In this document: positions 54,267-64,000 of the stretch, one piece after another
How positions within the stretch are numbered: the first letter of the stretch is position 1
Layout: every line of letters starts with the position of its first letter
Origin: Blasia pusilla
Lineage: Eukaryota
Length of the DNA stretch: 64,000 nucleotides
Assembly (NCBI GenBank): GCA_050084515.1
Contig: CM114271.1
Location: forward strand, 49,352,001 to 49,416,000
Reading direction: 5' to 3'
Made by a program: the position numbers and the translations under genes
The notes under the pieces: generated by a model
The model's input: only the letters and a program-made list of their open reading frames with translations
Database searches by the model: none
What the model was told of the DNA's origin: nothing

Positions 54267-56130
54267 GGTGGGCAGAAGTCATCCCACAAAGATGGCGGAT
54301 GGGAGTCATTGTGAACCTCTTCAAGAAGGGTGAGCGAGAAGACCCTGGAAACTACATGGGTATTACATTGCTGAGTGTAGTCGGGAAGCTCTTCTGCTGT
54401 ATACTCAACAATAAGATCTCTGTGTACCTGGAGGAGAATTTTGTCATCAAGGAAGGCCAGGCTGGCTTCCGGCAAGCTCGAGGATGCGTGGACCACATCT
54501 TCACTTTCAGTCAGATCATCCAGGGTAGGAAAAAAGAGGGGAAACCCACCTATTGCTTCTTCTTGGACCTCAAGAAGGCATACGACACTGTATGGCATGA
54601 CAAGCTTTCTTATAGCTCGTGGAAGGCGGGGCTGAGAGGGAAATGTGAAGGGTGGTGGAGAAGATGTATCAAAACACAAGGAGTAGAGTTCTGGTGAATG
54701 GCCAAAAGAGTGGGACATTCGACATCAAGCAAGGTGTGGCTCAAGGATGCCCGCTCTCCCCCACCCTCTTCAACATTTTCGTGAATTCCCTATTGGAAGA
54801 AATGGAGGATAGTGGACTAGGCATACGGATGGGCAAAAACTCTATTTTTGCCCTCATGTTTGCTGATGACTTTGGTGGCCTCGAGGAAACAGGAGAGAAA
54901 CTCCAAGAGATGATCTCCCTGACCAAAATCTGGTGTGACATGTGGGGCATGGAGGCAAATGTACTGAAGTGCGGTGTGATGATTTTCAATGGCAAGGAGG
55001 AGGACCAAGACCAACAGTGGTACTAGGGTGACCAAGAGATCCCCCGTGTGGCTACATACACCTATCTGGGCATAGAATTCTCGGAAGATTGCATGTGGGA
55101 TGCACACATTAAAAAGACTACTAAGAAAGGCCACAAGAAGGTGAACGGTGTGTCCAGATTCCTATCCAGTAGTGTGGGATGCCAACACCAAACAAAGGGA
55201 TAGGCTTGAAGCTGTGCAGCTAAAGTCATTTCGGGGTATGATGTCAACCTCATCACGAACATCCCGAGTTGGTGTGAGATCAGAACTAGGTGTGGAACCC
55301 TTGGAGGATAGACGTGACATTGCCAAGTTGAAATGGCGGAGGCAGCTGGAGACAATAGACTCCCATCGCTATCCTAAAGAGGTGATGGGGAAAACCTGGA
55401 CCCAAAAAAGACCCGTAAAGCAGGCCAAATCTTGGACGGAAAAGGGTCAAGAGATTGTGCAAGCTTCCAAGCTCCCAGCAGGGCCTGAATTGTGGGAGCA
55501 AGATGAGAAAGCATTCGTTAACACCATAACCAAAGCAGTGGGCAAACGCTCATAGCAGAACAACACGGAGGAAGCCATGAAAATGTCTGACCTCTCTCTT
55601 TTGAAGATATCCGAGAGAGGCAGAATGAAGAACTATTTTGCGGGAAACCCTTGTTTGGGGAAGTGGCTCAAGTTCAAGTTTAGGACGGGACAACCCTCGA
55701 ACCATAAGAAAAGCAGGATGGGAACACAACTAAACTCTTGCGCCTTTGTCCGACGATGGGGACGAAACCTCTAGTCATTACTTGGTCTCTGCGCAAAATT
55801 CACAACACTGAGCAAGAGCATATGATGATATTGCTAAGTGGTAGTACCAGAATTTTTCAACACATTCATGAGGGCTTGATTCATTGCCCAAAGTCATGTA
55901 ATCTTTGGTAAGTAATGTCTGTTGGGGATCCCAATGAGGTAAAATAGATGGTGCGGTGAAGAGTTTCTTGGTTGACACTTGAAGCTCCAGACAAACACGT
56001 TGTTTGGTCAAGACTCACACTATATGAGAGTGTCTCCCTCCTCTCATATGGTACCTTCTTCACTTGCTTCTCTCTCTACACCCATCCTAGTCTCAAGCAC
56101 CGTCCAACCAGGCGCGGGGTCTATGGGAGG
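54263..56130 (+). mobile_element. 5'-truncated LINE, RTEX/RTE-group-like reverse transcriptase, frameshifted
   Basis: IVNLFKKGEREDPGNYMGITLLSVVGKLF, EGQAGFR, FLDLKKAYDTVW, QGVAQGCPLSPTLFNIF, MFADD, YTYLGI and a decayed C-terminal C..C..ET..H...C. Stop at 55024-55026 and several frameshifts. Confidence 0.92.
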
Positions 56131-56191
56131 CTCTCTCTACTCTCTCTCTCTCACTCTCACGTCTGATCTCTCTCTATATATATGATTCAAT

Positions 56192-56290
56192 ATTCAATAG
56201 ATTGATTCGGTCAATCCCCAACTTGCTGATTCAATAGATTAATTTGGTCAATCCCTAACTTGCATATTCAACATATCGATTAGGTCTATT
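56192..56290. repeat. 36-bp tandem repeat (~2.5 copies)
   Basis: TTCAATAGATT(G/A)ATT(C/T)GGTCAATCCC(C/T)AACTTGC is repeated. Confidence 0.85.
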
Positions 56291-57344
56291 TCTCCTGCTC
56301 TTTGTATTGGAGATATTTAGGTTGTTGCATCAAAATGTACGAGAATGCTCTACGGATCGCATTATTTTCTAAAGTAGTTGAAGATATGATAAAGTTTGCA
56401 CTTCAATTTAATTCTTTATCCCACGATTTATTTCGTTGCTTGTAACTCTCTGTTGCATTTTTTGGGAGATATAGATCATAGTTGTTTTGTCGGCCAAAAT
56501 TTCGCGAGAGAGGATGAATTTGAAAGGTTTTTGCATGGACGCATGAAAGATGTGAAGCGTCTCCTTATGAGAATTAGTACAATCATTTGTCTTCTTCAAA
56601 TCATATGAAGCTAGAAATTTGCACTTGTGAGGATTGTTTCATGCTCTTGCAAAAAGGTGCTTATGAGAGTAGATGTTATTAGGCCGAAGCGAAAGAGTTC
56701 GAAGTCACCTTGGCAGATTTCAGACAATGTAATCATGGTGTTTATCACTCTATGATAAACACCATGCCAATTTGCTCAAAACTCATATGTCTATAAGCTC
56801 GGATAACCACCAAAAGTTGTAGGAGAGGAAGCATAATCAGTATGGGGAAATGATAGATGGATGTGGAATTCACAAACTCTCACTGATATTGAGAGATCTG
56901 CAAAGCATGCATCTTACATCTCTGATTCCATGTCCATTAAACTTTTAGCTAAATTTAGATGTGTTCCAACCGACATGGAATGAGAGAAGAGAGAATTCTC
57001 ATAATTGAAATGTGAAGACAAAGCGATTCAGGGATGCTTAATGACAAACAACATTACGTTTCCAACTGCAAGCATCATGATGAATGACTTCGGACTAGCT
57101 TGTTCTCTTTCGAGGACTTGTCCTCAATGTTACCAATTTTGTAGCTTTCAAGAGCTAAATTCTTATATTGATGTGTGAAGGCTACGAATCACAACCTAGA
57201 TGAAAGGATTTGGTAGGACCTTGTAAATTGCGCTCTGTTCCTTTCTATTGTTCCAAATTCTGCAAATCAAACTACTATGGCCTTATTGGGTTCCTGTGGA
57301 TAATAAATTTCTTCACTTATTCATTCTCAAATCTCATCTGCACA

Positions 57345-58992
57345 AGTAAGGAAAGTGTTTTGGGGATCCCAATCAAGTAAGGTAGATGGTGTTGTAAGGA
57401 GCTTGTTGGTTGATACACGGAAGCTTTACCCCAATCCTATGCACTTGCACTATATGAGACAATATTCCTCCTCTCATTCCTTATGTCTCCCTCTCTTTGC
57501 ATCCATCCTAGTACATAGCTCTGTCCAACCTAGGCAGAAGGTCTATGGTCATAAGGCTACAATATGCACTACTTAAATGAGTGCAGTCTCAACCAAGTGA
57601 CGTAAATATTGTTGCTTCCAGGTTGATACTTGGAAGTTTAACGTCAACACTCTGTATGGTGAGCACTCACACTATATGAAAGTTTTCGTCTATATAGTAC
57701 ATTCTTCTTCTACACCTATCAGAGTCTCTGACAAGGGTGTGGAGTCTACAGTCGCACGACTACAACACGCCCTACTTAATGGGTCTATGCTTGCAAGGAT
57801 ACAACAAGGACTATTGAATGAGTAAAGTTTCATATCCTCTTGTTATGGAGCCACTAGACTAGAAACTCACGTACCCCGTCTTCTTGCCAAAGAATGTGAT
57901 AGGATCTACAGTTAGGGTCAATTGAAAGCTTAAAATATATTTCAAGTGTTATAACATTTTCTTCCTCTTTTGATAGAAGATTCACAAGCTCTGCTGCATA
58001 GGCTAGGTTTCCTACACTACTAAGTGCAAGAAACTTGTTGTACTACAGGGGTACTGTATATACTCGAGATTATGGCTAAAAATTCACTCTTGTGGTGATT
58101 TTATGCAGCTCAAGGTGAGCATTTTGAAGTTGTATAGCATGAAGTTTGGGAGCATCATCAGGTGCTCCTCTAATAACTAGATTCCTCACGGGCGTATCTC
58201 ACTCTCCATATCCATGCATAATTCTACATTCTTGTAACAAGTACGGCTTCTACTTCTATACTTCATGAATGTGGACAGTGTAGCTCAGGAACTTTAGATG
58301 ATGAAGAGTATTTTTTCTTCAAATTGAGAAACCTCAAGTTTGTTTGACTTAACTTCTCAGATCTCTTGCAAGGTCAGACTCTCATAGTTGTTGATTTCAT
58401 GACTTGGAAGACCAAGTTCAGATTGCTAGATTCTTACAAAGGTATGTGAAGGCCTAGGAACACTTCATGGAATCTCTCTAATTTTGGTCCCATGGACCTG
58501 TGGGATCTCGGTGCACAGTAAATCTATTCATTCATTCTCTTGTTACACTTCCTATTGAACTCTTTGACACATTCAATAGCCTCGATCTGCTGCCCAAAGC
58601 TATTGCATTGGTAAGTAATGTTTATTGGGGATCCCAATCAACTAAACTAGATAATGGATAATGTTGTAAAGACCTTCTTGGTTGACACTTGGAAGCTCTA
58701 TATCAATACTTTTTATCATCATCACTCTCACTAAATGAGAGTGACTCTCTTTGTCTCATATGGTACCTCCTTCACTTCTTCCTCTCTCTACACCCATCCC
58801 AATCTCTAGCACCACCCAACCAAGGTGTGGGGTCTATGGTCACAAGGCTATGACACATACTACTTAATGAATACACTCTCTTAGATTGATTTTCCACAAC
58901 TGCTGCAATGCTTAGTAATGTGTAGTGGGAATCCCAACAAGGTAAGGTAGATATTCTTATAAAAAGCCTCTTGGATGATACTTGGAAGCTCT
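57345..58992 (+). mobile_element. Four short retrocopies of the LINE 3' end (~57345-57576, 57620-57780, 58610-58868, 58913-58992)
   Basis: Each aligns with 55910-56128 (TGGGGATCCCAA..TAGAT..GTTGA(C/T)AC(T/G)TGGAAG..CACTATATGAG..CCATCC..GTCTATGG). Three end in a hairpin followed by CTACTTAA. Confidence 0.85.
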
Positions 58993-59719
58993 TCACCAAA
59001 GCAACAATGTATTTTGAATTTGCCAAGATGATGTCACAAACATGCTATCCAAGTTTAGTAGCAAAGATTCAGTGCTAAAAGTTGATGCTTTGACTAGTAC
59101 TGTGTTTTTGGGCCCTAACTCGAGCATTGATAGTTGTGTTTGAAGGAGCTCCTCAATGAAATTATAGCGAGTCTCCCCTCTAAGAAAAAGTCTATTCTTG
59201 TCTTGTAGTTGAACTTTTTGCTCCAAATTCTTATGTCGTTCTAGTATTGGCTCATTCCCATCCCATAGGATAGGTTGGTTGCTATTTCTACATAAATTAT
59301 ACTCTCTTGGAATCATCAATGAAATGAAATTGGAATAAGTTGGCTTACCCAAGAGCAATGTCATGTTTGGTCAATACCTTCCATCTCAGACTACTATAGT
59401 TTTTGATTAAATTAATTGTAGGAATGATCTATAAAGGGACGCTATGAAGAAGTGTGAAATTTTTTTTTTCCCTACCATTGAGAAGTGGAAAAACTTGTAA
59501 TAATGTAATGTACTTATTTATGTAGGGTTTAGAGACGGTTTGTGAAATGTGCCACATAACTCTTCACAAAAATGCAATCTTTGGAGACAAAAATGCTTTG
59601 GCTCCAAAAGGGGTGCGCATAGGTAAGGTCTTGGATGCTTAGTGCCAGTTATGTGGTTTTGGGTGAGTCACATAATGAAATCAAATTAACATTGACAAAG
59701 GTAGAATAGGCTTTAGGGT

Positions 59720-62620
59720 TTAGCATTCACGATGATATCGATGTTCTTGAATATTTGTGCCGCCCACAACATCCCAAATGTTGTTATTGATGAGATTTTG
59801 AAATTCTTAAGCTTACAAATCCTTCCAAGTGACAACCATGTCCCTAAGAACCACTATGCAGTAAAGAAACTCATTAGAAAGCTTTGACTTAATTATGTCC
59901 AAATCCACGCTTGTCCCAATGGTTGTATGTTGTTCCAAGGTGCATGCAAAGACCTGGTTGTACGTACCAAGTGCAAAGCACCAAGATTCAAGGAGGCGGG
60001 GAAGAGCAAAGTGGCATTGAAGGTGCTTCGACACTTCCCTATAATTCCAAGTTTGAAGCACATGTATATGTGCAAAACGAGTACTGAACTTATGACTTGG
60101 ACTTCAAAAAATAAGAGTATTGACGACTTGGTGAGGCACACGGGGGATTGTAAGCAAAGGAGGGAAATTGATCGCCAATAGCCTGATTTCATGAATGAGC
60201 CTCAAAATTGTAGATTTGGTTTGGCATTGGATGGAGTTAATCCTGTTAGTGACAATAATTATGTAAGATCTACCTGGCCCGTAATCTTGGTCAATTACAA
60301 TTTTTCCCCTTGGTTATGTACCAAGATGTTCTTCCTCGATCCAATTGGCTCTTATAATATGTGGGAAGAATCTGTTAGTTCATAAAACCTATACTTTTAC
60401 CTTGCTCCCCTTATTGATGAGTTACAAATATTCAGGAAGGGGGTTATTGCTTTTGACATTAGTGGTATAGAAGGAAGCAGAAAGTTCCATCTTCGAGCCA
60501 TGATCATATGGACAATCAGTGACTACCCAAGGTTGGATATTGCCTTTGGACAAGCCATTAGAGGCAAATTAGGATGTGTTGTATGTGGGCCAAATGTTGA
60601 TTCTTTCTATTCTAAACCATTGCATAAACCCATATTTCAAGGCCATCGACTTAACAAAGAAAGAGATCATCCATATAGGAATAGATAGGTTGCCCATCAT
60701 TTCAATTCTTGAGTGGAGACCCATTCCTCTCCAAGGCGAGTATCTAGTGTTGATATAGTATAGAGGTTTGAATTGAAAAAAGCATATGATAACAAGCCAA
60801 AGGCAAGGCTAAGGAGAGGTGGAGAAACCCTTATTCATCCATACAAGCAAATTGGAGTGTTACGACGGAGCATTTTGTTTGATCTTCCTTATTGGAAGGT
60901 ATCACTCAAAAGCTCATCAATGAAACAATTTGTCGTGATTCATTTTGTTCATTTGTATGCATCCTATGATGTTTTATCGATTGTGAATATTCAGTTTTTT
61001 GTTGTCTGAATATTTATATTCTTTGGTTTTTTTCAAGACTTACTAATTTGATATACATTAGATTTGATGCATTGCAAAAAAAATGGAGTAGACAATACCC
61101 TCAAGATCCATTTCGTTCAAAGAAGAAGGATTCAATAGAGGTAAGGCAAGACATGGAAGTAAGAGGTATTCGAATAAATCTTTGGTTGCAAGCCCATCCG
61201 GGTCAAGTTGGGGCCAAGTTCAAACCTAGAGTAGATTATGTGTTAAGTCCAGGAGAGATCGAAGTAATCAATGTAAGAGTAGAATCACTTATATTCAAAA
61301 GTCCCGAGTGGATATGTTGGTGCATTACAAAAACATCTTTTAAGAAAGAAATTAGGCAGTTTGAAGTCTCATGACCTCCACATATTCATATAACAACTTT
61401 TGCCTTACTTTTTACGAGTCTCTTGAAAACTCATGTGAGAATAACAAACATGCATATGTCGCGAGTTTTCCAATGGCTTGCGTGAAAACTTGGGATCCAG
61501 TCTAGTTTGCTTCTTTGAAAGAGGATGTGACAACTACCTTGTGCCTCATGGAAGTCCACTTAACCCCCTCTTTCTTTGATATCATAACTCATCTCATGGT
61601 TCATTTGGTGGAAGAGCTCGATATATGTGGTCTAGTTGGATATAGATGGATGTAACCTATTCAGCCTTATTTGGGGGGTGTTAAAAGGTTATGTCCGATC
61701 TTGTGCTCAACCAGAAGGATGTGTGAATGAAGGGTATATCCTTGATAAGGCCCTAGGGTTTATTACAGAGTGTATGCAAGATTAGAGTGTGGTGGAAACG
61801 AGGATTTGGGATGCTTTTGAGGAGGAAGGTGTAATTGGCGAAGTTTTGGAAGGGGCATGCATGAAGCGATAATTAATTTCTGAACTTGTAGTTGTGGCCC
61901 ATGAGTATGTATTGCAAAATATGAAGTACTTCACTGGTTGGATGGAGTAAGTTATAACAATTCATGCCCTTGATTCAAGTTCTATCATTCTTTATTTACT
62001 ATTGTTGTATCATTGGTACTTTGGTGTAAAATTTGATTTGTATATGTTGCGCACAATATATAAACACTCTGGTGAATGTGAATGCACGTTAATTGAGTGA
62101 ATACGTGGAAAGATAAAATAAGAGATTGCCAAAGGTAACAAGATAGATGAAGTAGTATTGAAGTTGTTAGTGCCTCCATTGCTCTCATATCTCTCTTTCA
62201 AGATAATGAAAGCATATGGAATCACTATAGGGTGGATGATGGTAGCTCATTCCCTACATATGACTCACGTATAGCATCTACATTTCTATCACAAAAATCT
62301 TACCAAGATAAATCTCGTAGTCAAATCTCTTACGTGGGAATCCTTGTAGATATTTTTCAATTAGATTATGGCATTTTGGATGAGCTTATTTTGCTTATGA
62401 GAGGCAAGTAGGTTCAATCATCCCATAATAGGCTTGATGCTATAATGATCCATGATGAAAATGGTTTTCTCTTGGCAGAATTTAGAAGATTCCTACCATG
62501 TAACTCAGATCCTTTTGTTTTTCCCAGCCAAGTCAAACAAGTATTTTATGCCCCTATTGAGGAACAACCTGGTTGGAAAGTTGTTATGCAGAAAGCTGCC
62601 CGATCTTGACGAGTAGTTGG
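59720..62620 (+). mobile_element. Decayed CACTA/En-Spm Tnp2-type transposase (Transposase_21 plus DUF4218/DUF4216-like regions)
   Basis: IHACPNGCMLF, KVLRHFPIIPSLKHMY, RFGLALDGVNP, STWPVILVNYNFSPW, AMIIWTISDYP, ILFDLPYWK, KSHDLH, PSFFDIITHLMVHLVEELDICG and DPFVFPSQVKQVFY. Many stops and frameshifts; probable introns near 60899 and 61948. Confidence 0.92.
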
Positions 62621-64000
62621 GTGGAGGCCACACATATGCACTAATGATCATGTGGACCTAGGGGGGATGAAGGCTTCAACAAGCTTGTAAATGGAAATGC
62701 CAAACATTTCTCTAGCTGATGCAATCCACTTATCAAATGTTGAATTAGATCTAGCCTCTATAGAATTATATTTACGACTAGTGAAGAACTGGGTGAAAGT
62801 TCCAAAGACAACGATGAGATCAGAAGTAACTCTCATAGTGAGTAAGGAAGTGCATTTTGTAATACACTAATAAGCTTAATCTATCTAGATCAAATCAAAT
62901 GCATGATCCAAGTATGATAAGAGTTGGCTATGAATATTTTGATGGTGATGGTGATGGTTCAAGGTCTTGTGTATGTCTTTATAATGAGGTATATGGATTA
63001 ATCAACCTAATGTTGCTATAATCTAATCTTCATCACAAATTGCTAATTTGAAGTTATGGGCATACCTTTGCTTATGCAAGAAGTATCTGACTTTTTGTGG
63101 AAAGCTATTGTGACGTGGGTTTTTATTTCAGGATGCAGATTAATTATAGAGTCAAGTGGGGTTGAAGAGTCGAATAGTGGAGATAATCTAACCACTTTTG
63201 GATCCAAATTTTGTACAAATGATGTAGGAACAATATTGTTGGAGGAGGCAAACATAGAGTACTTCAAGCTGAGAGAGTGAGAGCAACAACACGTCTCCTT
63301 GTTGCCAAGTGGAGATTTGAATCACCTTAGATCTCATGAAAAATGTCATCATTCTAGTTATTTAACATTGTATTCTATGTTAGTGAATAGATGTTCCGAA
63401 TACTTCCATGAGTTTTTCTGCCATTAAGGAGTTTCATATCCCTAGATTGTTTGCTCTTTCCTTGGGCATCTAAAGTATTATTATCTTACATAGTGTTTTG
63501 TAGGTCAATTTTTCTAAAAGAGATACTTAAAGCGAAAGCAACTTTAGTATATGCTAGAAGAAGGTTACATACATCAACACTTAAAGTCCATTTCATTCGC
63601 CAACGGTGCTTACAATTAAAGATGGATCAATTTGGGTCTTCACATGGTGAAGCCAATCTCTTTACATGTTACATTCTTAATGAAATCTTATCTAATAATA
63701 TATTCTTTTGTTTAGCAAGGCCAGTTCCTCCAAGTTGGGTTCCAATTGGAAACTTGTATCCACCCCACCCATCACAGGGATTCAATGTACCAAAACCTAC
63801 TCATGATCACCCATCAAAAGAAGCTCATGAGTGGAGAGACCAGCAAACCCGCTTGGTAAGTTTGCAGTTATAGATCAATACCTGACACAATGATTTGAAA
63901 TTCTGGACGCATCCATTCTTACCCATAAGAAATCCTCTTGTCTATAGATTTTATAGCTTTATCTAACTTCTCATTTGTTTGTTGTAGACTCATATGTCAA

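Noticed and set aside
56330-58560. Coding-looking stretches between the LINE 3' copies
   Set aside because: Multiple stops and no motif I can name.

Overview
Eukaryotic, transposon-dense plant DNA. The retroelement families suggest a non-seed land plant such as a bryophyte, which is an inference. Two intact, convergent, spliced host genes lie in the middle: a 6-exon GT90/CAP10 (DUF821-type) glycosyltransferase (+, 28410-32758, 548 aa) and a 13-exon EDR1-domain B3 Raf-like MAPKKK (-, 35144-44524, 1188 aa). The flanks hold a fairly young Ty1/copia element, a possible Helitron, a second degenerate copia, four fragments of one Ty3/gypsy lineage, a CRE-like non-LTR remnant, a PIF/Harbinger element interrupted by a solo LTR with an exact TSD, an RTEX-like LINE with several 3'-end retrocopies, and a decayed CACTA transposase. 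The most interesting signal is the gypsy lineage. Its integrase ends in a PHD finger, and just after the protease there is a possible remnant of a cytosine-C5 methyltransferase motif I, making it a candidate chromatin reader/writer retrotransposon. One copy has an A-internal-B-A-B split-repeat layout and another appears internally inverted. A self-complementary ~300-nt island lies between the two host genes. All alignments and translations were done by eye; no searches were run.
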